This document shows, in pieces, positions 9,829-20,098 of a DNA stretch of 41,710 nucleotides. The stretch comes from Gemmatimonadales bacterium (lineage in GTDB: Bacteria; Gemmatimonadota; Gemmatimonadetes; Gemmatimonadales; JACORV01): NCBI GenBank assembly GCA_035542295.1, contig DATKLR010000070.1, forward strand, positions 1 to 41,710, written 5' to 3'. The notes beneath the pieces were generated by a model. The model did not search any database. It was not told where the DNA came from and was given only the letters and a program-made list of their open reading frames with translations. The stretch's first letter is position 1; each line of letters opens with the position of its first letter. Made by a program: the position numbers and the translations under genes.

Positions 9829-10878
9829 ATGCCCCAGACCGACCCGCTGCTGCGTGCCATCGCCGCCCTTGCCGAGCGGCGCGACCTCCCCGCCACCCTC
9901 GCCGCGCAGGCGTTCGGACAGGTGATGGCGGGCGAAGCCTCGCCCGCGCTCATGGCGGCGCTCCTGATGGGACTCAGGGTCAAGGGCGAGACGGCGCAGG
10001 AGCTCCAGGGCGCGGCGCTCGCGCTCCGCGAGGTGATGGTACGCGTCACGCCGCGCACCGCCGCGCCGCTCGTGGACACCTGCGGCACCGGCGGCGGCGG
10101 CGTCGGGACCTTCAACATCTCGACCACCGCGGCCTTCGTCGCGGCGGGCGCCGGGGCCAAGGTCGCCAAGCACGGCAATCGCTCCTTCAGCACGCGGTCG
10201 GGGAGTGCCGACGTGCTCGAGGCCCTCGGCGTCGCCATCGACCTGCCTCCGGAGCGGTCCGCCGCGCTCCTGGAGGATTGCGGCATGGCCTTCCTCTTCG
10301 CCCCGCAGTACCACCCGGCGATGCGTCACATCGGACCCGTGCGCCGCGAGCTGAGCCTGGGCACGATCATGAACCTGATCGGCCCCCTGTCGAATCCGGC
10401 CGGCGTCGCGCGACAGGTGATCGGTGCGGGCGATCCCGCCCGCGCGCCGCTCCTGGCCGAGACCCTCGCGCTCCTGGGCGCGGAGCACGCGCTGGTCGTG
10501 CACGCTCCCCGCGGGCTGGACGAAATCGCCCCGCCCGGCCTCGGCCCGACGGACGTCTGGGAGGTGAAGGGGACGGCGGTGAAGCGCTGGACGCTGGACG
10601 CCGACACGTTCGGGCTGGCGGCGGGGGACGAGGCCTCGCTGGCCGGCGGGATGCCGGCCGACAACGCGCGGATGGCGGAAGCGATCCTCGACGGCACGGA
10701 CCGCGGAGGGCGGCGTAGCGCGGTCGTCTTGAACGCCGCGGCGGCGCTCGTCGTGGGAGGGGTAGCGAAGGACTGGCCGGACGGCGTGCGGCGCGCGGGC
10801 GAGGCGCTGGACTCGGGGGCCGCGCGCCGGGTGCTCGAACGGCTGCGGCGCGCGAGCGCGCCTAGTACTTCCGGATAA
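9829..10878 (+). CDS. trpD: Anthranilate phosphoribosyltransferase
   Basis: MPQTDPLLRAI...GEASPALMAALLMGLRVKGET..EL...DTCGTGGGGVGTFNISTTAAFVAA..G..VAKHGNRS.S...GSADVLEALG. Start taken at ATG 9829, inside track ORF 9745-10878. Confidence 0.92.
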   Translation: MPQTDPLLRAIAALAERRDLPATLAAQAFGQVMAGEASPALMAALLMGLRVKGETAQELQGAALALREVMVRVTPRTAAPLVDTCGTGGGGVGTFNISTTAAFVAAGAGAKVAKHGNRSFSTRSGSADVLEALGVAIDLPPERSAALLEDCGMAFLFAPQYHPAMRHIGPVRRELSLGTIMNLIGPLSNPAGVARQVIGAGDPARAPLLAETLALLGAEHALVVHAPRGLDEIAPPGLGPTDVWEVKGTAVKRWTLDADTFGLAAGDEASLAGGMPADNARMAEAILDGTDRGGRRSAVVLNAAAALVVGGVAKDWPDGVRRAGEALDSGAARRVLERLRRASAPSTSG

Positions 10879-11470
10879 CCCCGACCACGACGCCCTGGAC
10901 CGTCACGTCGTTCTCGTGAACGTAGATCGGATCGAGGGTGGAATTCGCGGGCTGAAGGCGGACCCAGCCGCTCTTCTCGCGGTAGAACTTCTTGACGGTC
11001 GCGTGGCTGCCCTGGAGCAGGGCGATGACCATCTCCCCGTTGCGCGCAGTGTTGCGGCCGTGGACCACGACGTAGTCGCCGTCCTTGATCTGCTCGTCGA
11101 TCATCGAGTCGCCGCGCACCCGCAGCACGTAGTTGGGTCCGGTGGCGGGGAGCATCTCCTCCGGCAGCGTCATGGATTCGCTGTCCTGGACGGCCTCGAT
11201 CGGCTCACCGGCCGCGACGGTGCCGAGCAGCGGCACCTCCACGATGCCGGGCTGCCGCGCGCGGGAGAGCACTTCGATGGAGCGGCTCTCGTTGTACGAG
11301 CGCCGGATCACGCCCTTCCGCTCGAGGTTCGTCAGGTGCTCGTGCACGGTCGCCAGCGACGTATACTGCATCGCGGCGGCGATCTCCTCGAAGCTGGGGG
11401 CGAACCCATGCTCGTCGATGTAGCTGGTCAGGTAGTCGAGGATCTCACGCTGACGCTTGGTGAGCGGCAC
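10862..11470 (-). CDS. lexA: LexA repressor (SOS regulator, S24 self-cleaving peptidase)
   Basis: VPLTKRQREILDYL (winged-HTH N-domain), cleavage site VAAGEP, and Ser/Lys dyad context RVRGDSM ... TVKKF. The GTG at 11470 is preceded by AGGAGA 4 nt upstream. The 3' end overlaps the trpD 3' end by 17 nt (convergent). Confidence 0.92.
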   Translation of the reverse strand: MPLTKRQREILDYLTSYIDEHGFAPSFEEIAAAMQYTSLATVHEHLTNLERKGVIRRSYNESRSIEVLSRARQPGIVEVPLLGTVAAGEPIEAVQDSESMTLPEEMLPATGPNYVLRVRGDSMIDEQIKDGDYVVVHGRNTARNGEMVIALLQGSHATVKKFYREKSGWVRLQPANSTLDPIYVHENDVTVQGVVVGVIRKY

Positions 11471-11492
11471 GATGTCTCCTTGCGGCCAGAGG

Positions 11493-11510
11493 GGGGCGCG
11501 TACGCTCCCC
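11493..11510. promoter_or_regulatory. 18-bp near-perfect palindrome in the lexA/trpC divergent gap; candidate operator or lexA 5'-UTR hairpin
   Basis: GGGGcGCGTACGCtCCCC has one mismatched pair and is centred on GCGTACGC. It lies 23-40 nt upstream of the lexA GTG. Confidence 0.25.
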
Positions 11511-11538
11511 GAAGATATGCCGAATCGAACGTAACCGA

Positions 11539-12365
11539 ATGAAAGCCGAAGCACAAGCCCCCGGACTGCTGGCCGCGCTGGTCGCCGAAGCCGAGCGGAG
11601 GGTTGCGGGTGCCCGCACTTCCAGGCGGGAGCTCGAACTGCGGGCCGCGCGGGCGCCTGAGCCGCCGGACTTCGCTGCGGCGCTGTCGGCGGGCCCGGCA
11701 GTCGCGGTCATCGCCGAGATCAAACGCAGGTCGCCGTCGGCCGGGGCCCTGTGGCGGGAGGCCGACGTGGTCGTGCTGGCCGGGAAGCTGGAGTCCGCCG
11801 GGGCGGCGGCGCTGTCCGTGCTGACGGAGCCGGCGCACTTCGGCGGGACGCTGGACGACCTGTCGCGGGTGACGGCGGCGGTCCGCCTCCCCGTGCTGCG
11901 GAAGGACTTCACCATCGACCCCATCCAGCTGTACGAGGCGCGCGCGTATGGAGCGGCGGCCGTCCTGCTGATCGTCCGCATCCTGGAGCCGGGACGGCTG
12001 GCGGAGCTGGCGGCCGCTGCGCGCGCCCTCGGTCTCGCCACGCTGGTAGAGGTGCACGGGCCTGCGGAGCTCGCGGCGGCGCTTGCCGCCGAGCCCACGG
12101 CCGTGGGGGTGAACGCGCGCGATCTCGACACGCTGGCGATGCGCCGGGATCTGGTCGAGGCGCTGATTCGGGAGGTCCCGGCCGGCCGCATCGCCGTGGC
12201 CGAGAGCGGGCTCTCCACGCGCGCGGACGTCGAGTCCGTGGCCGCGCGCGGGGCCGACTCCGTTCTGATCGGCGCGGCAATCGCGGGGGCCCCGGATCCT
12301 GCTGCGGCGCTCCGCGCCCTGACGGGGGTGCCGCGGCGGCCAGCCGGTCGCCCGGTGAGGCGCGC

Positions 12366-12369
<4 letters not shown>
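11539..12369 (+). CDS. trpC: Indole-3-glycerol phosphate synthase
   Basis: 276 aa reading ...[13 protein letters not shown]...[15 protein letters not shown]......[24 protein letters not shown]...LVEVH...E......GVNARDL. Confidence 0.92.
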
Positions 12370-13534
<1,165 letters not shown>

Positions 13535-13538
<4 letters not shown>

Positions 13539-15265
13539 CCATGGGTGCGACGCCTGAAGTAACGCTTCCCCCGGCGACCGTCGAAGAGTTGATGCAGGCC
13601 GTGGTCAAGGCGCTGCGCGCCCATCAGCTGTACCTCCCCAACAATCCCGTTTACCAGAAGGCCCTGGACACGCTGCGGGCGGCGTTCCGGCCGGTCTGGG
13701 AGTCCGTGGAGGAGCTGCCGCTGGACGTCCAGGAGAGCGAGCTGCTCTGGGACGGGAACGTGGTGTACAGCCAGAGTAACCGCGCGGAGAGCCTGTCGTG
13801 GGTGTTCTTCAAGGATGGCGTGCGCGCGCTGACGCTCCTGCCCGGAGTCGAGCAGGACGAGATCGTGGGCCTGCTCGACGTGGTGCACCGCGCCCGGACG
13901 CTGCGGCAGGAGGACAGCGATGATCTGCTGACGCTGCTCTGGGAGAAGGACTTTCAGCGGATCCGGTACGTGTTCCAGGAGATGGCCACCGGCGAGGGCG
14001 GCACGATGGCGCTGCCGTCATCCGACGAGGTCGCGGCGGCGGCGTCGGGTGGCGGGCCGCGCCACGTGTCGGAGGCGGTCGAGGAGGAGATGGGCCCCGA
14101 GGGCGAGGTGGCGCAGGGGGGCGCTCCCGCGGCGCCCGTCGGGACGGTGCGGCCCGAGGACTTCGACAGCACGCTGTACTTCCTCGATGAGAAGGAGATC
14201 GGCTACCTGCGCGACGAGGTCACGCGCGAGTACGCGCAGGACTTGCGGCGCAACGTGTTGGCGATGCTGCTCGACGTGCTGGAGCTGCAGCCCTATCCGA
14301 CGGTGCGGGCCGAGCTCATTTCGATTCTGGAGAGCTTCCTGCCCTATCTGCTGGGCGCCGGCGACTACTCGGCCGTCGCATATGTGCTGCGCGAGGTGCG
14401 GGCGGTCCTGCAGCGGGCGCGCGAGCTGCTGCCGGAGCACCGCAAGGCGCTCGAGGGTCTGCCGCGCCGGCTGTCGGAGGCGGAGCCGCTCTCGCAACTG
14501 CTCCAGTCGCTCGACGAAGCGGCGGCGCATCCCTCGGCGGAGGAGCTGGGGGAGCTGTTCGGCGAGCTCAGGCCGGAGGCCCTGCCCACGCTGCTGGGAT
14601 GGATGCCGAGGTTGAGCAACGAGCGCGTCAAGGTCGTGCTCGACGGCGCGATCGGGCGCCTCGCGGCGGCCCACCCCGAGAAGCTGGTGGAGGCGATCGG
14701 CGGCGGCGACCCGCTCATCGCGCTCGAGGCGGTGAAGCTGTCCGGCCGGCTCAGGCTGGCGTCGGCGGTGCCCGCGCTGTCGCAGGCGCTCGGCCACGGG
14801 GAGACGGCGGTGCGGGCGGCCGCCGTGCAGGCGCTGTCGGATCTCGGCGTGCCGGGGGCGCTGCAGGGGTTGGAGAAGGCGCTCGACGATCCCGACCGGG
14901 AGGTGCGGCTGGCCGCGGTGCGCATCCTGATGCTGAAGAAGCACCGGGGCGCGCTGCCGAAGGTCACCGCAGCGATCCAGGGGAAGTCGGTGCGGATCGC
15001 CGATCTCACGGAGAAGATGGCCTTCTTCGAGGCGTACGGGTCCCTGGTCGGTGAGCAGGGGGTCGCGTCGCTCGATGCGATGCTCAACAGCGGCGGCTTC
15101 CTGAAGCGCAGGGAGGACCCGGAGCTGCGCGCGTGCGCCGCGATGGCGCTCGGCCGGATCGGGACGCCGGCGGCGCGCGCGGCGCTCGAGCGCGCGGCCG
15201 GCACGAAGGACGCGCTGGTGCGCAACGCGGTCAGCCGGGCGCTGCGTGGCATGACGGGGGCCTAG
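13535..15265 (+). CDS. HEAT/PBS-lyase-repeat protein with an uncharacterised N-terminal module
   Basis: 576-aa ORF. The C-terminal third carries repeated D.D..VR.AAV.AL..LG units ([59 protein letters not shown]). The GTG at 13535 overlaps the trpB stop as GTGA. An alternative ATG start lies at 13541. Confidence 0.7.
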
Positions 15266-15266
15266 G

Positions 15267-16733
15267 ATGACGGGACCGGGACACAGACCGTCGGTCGTCG
15301 ACTCCATCCAGACCACGGACGGGTACATCCGCGGGGCGGGGCGCGCTTTCCTCGTGACCCTGTACACCGCGCTCCGCTCGCTCAAGCTCTATCCGCTCGA
15401 GAACAGCCAGGTCCAGAAGTCGCTCGAGGACCTGACGACGTCGGTGGGGGAGATCCTGGCGCGGGAGCACGAGATCGAGGTACGCATCACCGGCGATTTC
15501 ATTTTCGTCAATCAGACGCGCCTGCGGCTCGACCTCGACAACTACGCTTCGTTCTCCCACATCCTCGGCATCCTCAAGGCGGTGGGCGTCGGTGTCGTGC
15601 GCGCGGTCGACGGCGCGGACCGGCGGGAGTGGACCTCGTTCCTCTCGCTGCTCCTCACCATGGCGTCGCGCGATAGCGCGAACCGCTTCTTCGATCTCGC
15701 GAACAAGCTGCACGACGCCGGCGTGACGCACATCGTCATCGAGCCCCCGGCCGAATCGGAGGTCAGCGAGGAGGAAGAGGAGCGCGCCAAGGAACAGGCC
15801 AAGCGCACCTACCAGCGCTCGGTGGCGGTCACGAAGGAAGTGATCAACTCCGTGCGGATGGGGCGCACCGCGAGCGTGAAGAAGGTCAAGCGCGCGGTGC
15901 AAGCCATCGTGGACCAGGTGCTTTCCGAGGAGACCTCCCTGATCGGCCTGACCACGCTGCGCGACTACGACGACTACACGTTCACGCACTCGGTCAACGT
16001 CTGCATCTTCTCGGTCGCGCTCGGCCGGAAGCTCGGCCTCAGCAAGCTGCAGCTCTACGACCTCGGAATGGCGGCGCTGTTCCACGACGTCGGCAAGTCC
16101 CGTGTGCCCCTCGACGTGCTCAACAAGCAGGGAAGCCTCGACGAGGAGGAATGGCGGATCATGCAGGCGCACCCCTGGCTCGGCGTGCTGACGCTGTTCG
16201 GGCTGCGCGGCTACGGAGAGGTGCCCTACCGCAGCATGATCGGGACGTACGAGCACCACATGAAGATCGATCTGACGGGCTACCCGAAGTCGCTGCGCCC
16301 CCGTGAGATCTCCATCTTCTCGAAGATCATCGCGGTGGCCGACGGCTTCGACGCCGCGACCTCGCGCCGCGCCTACCAGACCATGCCGATCCAGCCCGAC
16401 TCGGTTCTCAAGGAGATGATCGAGAACCCGAAGCGCGGCTACGACGTGATCCTCGTGAAGGCGTTCATCAACCTGATCGGCGTCTATCCGGTCGGGACGA
16501 CGGTGATCCTCGACACCTACGAGCTGGCCATCGTCACGGCGGCGAACCCGAATCCCGACGCGATCCACCGGCCGATGGTGCGCATCGTCTCGGACGCGGC
16601 GGGCGCGGTGACCTACCCCGGCCACGTGGCGGACCTGGCCGAGCGGGACGCCGCGGGGAACTTCGTGCGCAGCATCATCAAGGTCACGAATCCCGACAAG
16701 TACGGGATTCGGGTCTCCGACTACTTTGTCTGA
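15267..16733 (+). CDS. HD-GYP-type metal-dependent phosphohydrolase (putative cyclic-dinucleotide phosphodiesterase) with an N-terminal module paralogous to the preceding gene
   Basis: HSVNV...LFHDVGK...AHP...YEHHMKIDLTGYP...AVADGFDA..S.R.Y, followed by the C-terminal IGVYPVGTTVIL extension typical of HD-GYP proteins. The ATG lies 1 nt after the upstream stop. Confidence 0.8.
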   Translation: MTGPGHRPSVVDSIQTTDGYIRGAGRAFLVTLYTALRSLKLYPLENSQVQKSLEDLTTSVGEILAREHEIEVRITGDFIFVNQTRLRLDLDNYASFSHILGILKAVGVGVVRAVDGADRREWTSFLSLLLTMASRDSANRFFDLANKLHDAGVTHIVIEPPAESEVSEEEEERAKEQAKRTYQRSVAVTKEVINSVRMGRTASVKKVKRAVQAIVDQVLSEETSLIGLTTLRDYDDYTFTHSVNVCIFSVALGRKLGLSKLQLYDLGMAALFHDVGKSRVPLDVLNKQGSLDEEEWRIMQAHPWLGVLTLFGLRGYGEVPYRSMIGTYEHHMKIDLTGYPKSLRPREISIFSKIIAVADGFDAATSRRAYQTMPIQPDSVLKEMIENPKRGYDVILVKAFINLIGVYPVGTTVILDTYELAIVTAANPNPDAIHRPMVRIVSDAAGAVTYPGHVADLAERDAAGNFVRSIIKVTNPDKYGIRVSDYFV

Positions 16734-17523
16734 CAGCGCCCTCGCGGCGCGCCTGGCCGATCTCCGCGCGGCACGGCGGACGGCCCTGATCCCGTACATC
16801 ACGGCCGGGTACCCCGGCCCCGACGAGACGACCGCGTTTCTGCGCGGAGCGGCGGCGGCCGGCGCCGACGCCGTGGAGCTGGGCGTGCCGTGGAGCGACC
16901 CGGTGGCCGACGGTCCCACGATCCAGGCGAGCACGCACGCCGCGCTGCAGCAGGGGACCACGCTGGCTCGGACGCTGGCGCTGCTCGCGGGCGCGCGGGC
17001 CGACGTGCCGGTCGTGGTCTTCACCTACCTGAATCCGGTGCTGGCGCATGGCGCGGCGCGGTTCGCCGCCGACGCGAAGCGCGCGGGGGCCGCGGGACTG
17101 CTCGTGACCGACCTGCCGGTCGGCGCCGACGACGCGGTGGAGCGCGACCTGCTCTCGGCGGGGCTGCCGCTGGTCCGCCTGGTCGCCCCCACCACGCCCC
17201 CGCGGCGCCGCCGCGCGATCGCCGAGGGCAGCCAGGGGTTTCTCTATCTCATCGCGCGCCTCGGCGTCACCGGTGAGTCCGGCGCGCTTTCCTCGGTGCT
17301 CGGCGAACAGGTCGCCGCGCTGCGCGCTGTCAGCGACCTCCCCATCGCCGTGGGCTTCGGAATCTCCTCTCCGGAGCAGGCCGCGGCGGTGGCGGCGTAT
17401 GCCGACGGCGTGGTCATCGGCAGCGCGGTCGTCTCCCGGATGGGGCGCGGCGGTGCCGCGGAAGCGCTCGGATGGCTCCGGACGGTGCGAGCGGCGCTGG
17501 ACGCGCGGCGCGCAGGGGCGTAG
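16726..17523 (+). CDS. trpA: Tryptophan synthase alpha chain
   Basis: ...ALIPYITAGYPG.......L...GADAVELGVPWSDPVADGPTIQ...YLNP......GLLVTDLP...YLIARLGVTG...GFGIS. A TTG start at 16726 overlaps the HD-GYP stop by 8 nt. No ATG or GTG alternative lies upstream of the conserved ALIPY segment. Confidence 0.9.
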   Translation: MSDSALAARLADLRAARRTALIPYITAGYPGPDETTAFLRGAAAAGADAVELGVPWSDPVADGPTIQASTHAALQQGTTLARTLALLAGARADVPVVVFTYLNPVLAHGAARFAADAKRAGAAGLLVTDLPVGADDAVERDLLSAGLPLVRLVAPTTPPRRRRAIAEGSQGFLYLIARLGVTGESGALSSVLGEQVAALRAVSDLPIAVGFGISSPEQAAAVAAYADGVVIGSAVVSRMGRGGAAEALGWLRTVRAALDARRAGA

Positions 17524-17535
17524 GCTAGAGGCACC

Positions 17536-17907
17536 ATGGCGCACGACACGATTACGCTCAGGGGCATGCGGTTCCACACGCTGGTCGGGCTGCTGCCCCA
17601 CGAGGCGAGCATCCCGCAGCCGCTGGAGCTCGACCTCACCGTGCAGCTGTCGCTCAAGCAGGTGGGTGAGACGGACTCGCCGCGAGCTCTCCTCGACTAC
17701 CGCACGCTGTACAAGGTGGTGGCAGAGACGGTGGGCACGAGCCACCACCGCCTGCTCGAAGCTCTGTGCGAGCGGATCGCAGCGAGGGCACTCGCTCTGG
17801 ACGGCGTGGAGCGGGTGCGCGTCGCGGCCCGCAAGCCGCACGCACCGATCGCCGGGCCGCTCGACGCCGTCGAGGTGGTCATCGAGCGCTCGCGCGATGG
17901 GCAGTGA
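17536..17907 (+). CDS. folB: Dihydroneopterin aldolase
   Basis: 123 aa reading ITLRGMRFHTLVGLLPHEASIPQPLELDLTV......DYRTLY..V........LLEALCERIA, a FolB-like pattern. Confidence 0.85.
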   Translation: MAHDTITLRGMRFHTLVGLLPHEASIPQPLELDLTVQLSLKQVGETDSPRALLDYRTLYKVVAETVGTSHHRLLEALCERIAARALALDGVERVRVAARKPHAPIAGPLDAVEVVIERSRDGQ

Positions 17908-18343
17908 GCGGGCGGCGGTCGCGCTCGGCTCCAATCTGGGCGACCGCGCGGCGATCCTCGCCCGCGCCCGGGACGCGATAGCGCGGCTGCCCGCGACCCG
18001 GCTGATCGCAGCGTCCGAGGTGGAGGAGACGGCACCGCTGGGTCCCGTTCCCCAGGGGCCGTACCTCAACCAGATGCTGCTGGTGGAAACGGCGCTCGAG
18101 CCGTGCGCGCTGCTCGACGCCCTGCTCGCGATCGAGCGCGCCGAGGGACGGGAGCGACGAGAGCGGTGGGGCCCGCGCACCCTCGACTGCGACATCGTGC
18201 TGTACGGGGAGCGGACTCTCCGGGAGCCCACGCTCGTGGTACCCCACCCGGAGCTGCCCAACCGGAACTTCTGGCAGCGCGAGCTCCGGCAACTCGGCCT
18301 CGATCCGCAGGGCGCAGCTGGGAGCGGTGAGAGGGCAGTGTAA
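17897..18343 (+). CDS. folK: 2-amino-4-hydroxy-6-hydroxymethyldihydropterin pyrophosphokinase (HPPK)
   Basis: AAVALGSNLGDR...Q..YLNQMLLVET.L.P..LL..LLAIE...GR.R..RWGPRTLDCDIVLYG.......LVVPHPEL..R.F. Start at ATG 17897, an 11-nt overlap with folB. Confidence 0.88.
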   Translation: MGSERAAVALGSNLGDRAAILARARDAIARLPATRLIAASEVEETAPLGPVPQGPYLNQMLLVETALEPCALLDALLAIERAEGRERRERWGPRTLDCDIVLYGERTLREPTLVVPHPELPNRNFWQRELRQLGLDPQGAAGSGERAV

Positions 18344-18399
18344 CTGTCCCGCAGTCTCCCCTCTGTCTCTCTGCCTGCTGACCCGTTAAGGTTCCGCGC

Positions 18400-19215
18400 A
18401 TGTCCACGCCATCGAAGGACGCCCCGGTCACCACGCGGGATTTCCTCGCCTGGAAGGCCGCGGGTCGCAAGATCGTGGTCGTGACCGCCTACGACGCGCT
18501 GTTCGGGCGCCTGGTGGACGAGGCGGGCGTGGATTGCGTGCTCGTGGGTGATTCGGTGAACCAGGTGTTGGGCGGGGAGCCGTCTACGCTCTCCGCGACG
18601 CTGGATCAAATGATCTACCACGGCCGGACGGCGCGGCGCGGCGTGCAGCGGGCCCTGCTGGTCGTGGACCTGCCGTTCCTCTCCTACCAGGTCGGTCGCG
18701 AGGACGCGATCCGCGGCGCCGGCCGCGTGATGAAGGAGACGGGGGCGGCCGCCGTGAAACTCGAGGGCGGCGCGCACGTGGCGGACACCGTGCGGGCGCT
18801 GGTCGAGATCGGCATCCCGGTGATGGGGCATCTGGGCCTCACGCCGCAGTCGGTGCACGCTCTCGGCGGCTATCGCGTGCAGGGGCGGGACGAGGAGTCC
18901 GCCCGCCGGCTGCAGAGCGATGCGGCGGCGTTGGAGGATGCGGGCGTGTTCGCGATCGTGCTCGAGCTGGTGCCCGCGGCGCTGGCCGGCGCCGTCACCG
19001 CGGCGCGCGCCGTGCCCACGATCGGCATCGGCGCCGGTCCGCAGTGCGACGGCCAGGTGCTGGTGCTCCCCGACCTGCTCGGTCTCAACGACGGGTTCGC
19101 GCCGAAGTTCCTCAAACGCTACGCGTCGCTGGCGGACGAGGTTCGTGCTGCGGTCGGCCGGTTCGGCGACGAGGTGCGGCGCGGCACCTATCCGGACGCC
19201 GCCCACTCCTTCTAG
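18400..19215 (+). CDS. panB: 3-methyl-2-oxobutanoate hydroxymethyltransferase
   Basis: 271 aa reading KIVVVTAYDALF..L.DEAGVD..LVGDS....LG...T...TLD.MIYH...V....AVKLEGG...MGHLGLTPQS....GGY.VQGR. Confidence 0.93.
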   Translation: MSTPSKDAPVTTRDFLAWKAAGRKIVVVTAYDALFGRLVDEAGVDCVLVGDSVNQVLGGEPSTLSATLDQMIYHGRTARRGVQRALLVVDLPFLSYQVGREDAIRGAGRVMKETGAAAVKLEGGAHVADTVRALVEIGIPVMGHLGLTPQSVHALGGYRVQGRDEESARRLQSDAAALEDAGVFAIVLELVPAALAGAVTAARAVPTIGIGAGPQCDGQVLVLPDLLGLNDGFAPKFLKRYASLADEVRAAVGRFGDEVRRGTYPDAAHSF

Positions 19216-19222
19216 GAAGCGG

Positions 19223-20098
19223 ATGGAGGTCGTCGTCGCTCTGGAGGAGGTGCGCGCCCGCGTCCGGGAGGCAAAGCGGAACGGGCGGCGCATCGGCTTC
19301 GTGCCGACGATGGGGGCCCTGCACGCGGGACACCTGTCCCTCGTGCAGGTGGCCCGTTCGCGCGCCGACCTCGTGGCGATGAGCATCTTCGTCAACCCGC
19401 TGCAGTTCGGCCCCGCCGAGGATTTCGCGCGCTACCCGCGGGACCCGGAGCGCGACCGCGGGCTCGCGGCGGCGGGGGGAGTGGACCTGCTCTGGTCGCC
19501 CGAGCAGGCGGCGCTGTACCCGGCGCCGCCGCGCGTCACTGTGGCACCGGGCCCGGCCGGCGAGCGGCTCGAAGGGGCGAGCCGGCCCGGCCATTTCGCC
19601 GGCGTCCTCACCGTGGTCCTCAAGCTGTTCGCGCTGGTCGAGCCGGAAACGGCGGTCTTCGGCCGGAAGGATTTCCAGCAGGCGGCACTCATCCGCGCGA
19701 TGGTCCGCGACTTCAACCTGCCGGTCGAGATCGTGGTGGCGCCGACGGTGCGCGGGCACGACGGCGTCGCGCTGTCGTCGCGGAACGTCTATCTCGACCC
19801 GCCGGCCCGCGCGGCGGCGACGGCACTGTGCCGGGCGCTGCGGCGCGGCGTGGAGGCGTATCGTGGCGGCGAGCGGCGCGCCTCAGCGCTCGCCGAGGCG
19901 GCGCGGCGCGTGTTGGCCGCCCAGGAGGGGGTCGTGCCCGACTACGTGGCCTGCGCGGCCCCCGACGACCTCGCGCCGCTGGAGACCGTCGACGCGGCGA
20001 CGGTGCTCGCGGTGGCGGCGCGCGTCGGCGGAACCCGGCTGATCGACAACGTGGTGCTCGGCGAAGGACTGGAGGGCGATGTCCACGTCGTCGGCTGA
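19223..20098 (+). CDS. panC: Pantoate--beta-alanine ligase
   Basis: IGFVPTMGALHAGHLSLV (HxGH motif)...SIFVNPLQFGP.EDF..YPR...RPGHF.GV.TVV.KLF......A.FG.KD.QQ. Start at ATG 19223, inside track ORF 18920-20098. Confidence 0.93.
   Translation: MEVVVALEEVRARVREAKRNGRRIGFVPTMGALHAGHLSLVQVARSRADLVAMSIFVNPLQFGPAEDFARYPRDPERDRGLAAAGGVDLLWSPEQAALYPAPPRVTVAPGPAGERLEGASRPGHFAGVLTVVLKLFALVEPETAVFGRKDFQQAALIRAMVRDFNLPVEIVVAPTVRGHDGVALSSRNVYLDPPARAAATALCRALRRGVEAYRGGERRASALAEAARRVLAAQEGVVPDYVACAAPDDLAPLETVDAATVLAVAARVGGTRLIDNVVLGEGLEGDVHVVG

Noticed and set aside
18333-18349. Hairpin GGGCAG-tgtaa-CTGTCC at the folK stop, considered as an intrinsic terminator.
   Set aside because: The stem is only 6 bp and includes a G-U pair. 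No U-tract follows, and panB starts 50 nt later on the same strand. The evidence is insufficient for a terminator call.
16684-19395. Very long antisense or alternative-frame ORFs. Examples are 16684-19395(-) at 903 aa, 26622-29012(-) at 796 aa, 36358-38487(-) at 709 aa, 11445-13412(-), 15231-17024(-), 23930-25678(-), 32657-34357(-), 32344-34692(+), 38327-41260(+), 32-2260(+) and 2263-3960(+).
   Set aside because: Their translations are Arg/Ala/Gly/Pro-rich low-complexity strings with no recognisable motifs. Each lies opposite to, or out of frame with, a CDS that has unmistakable conserved motifs. Stop codons are rare in such GC-rich DNA, so long spurious ORFs are expected.
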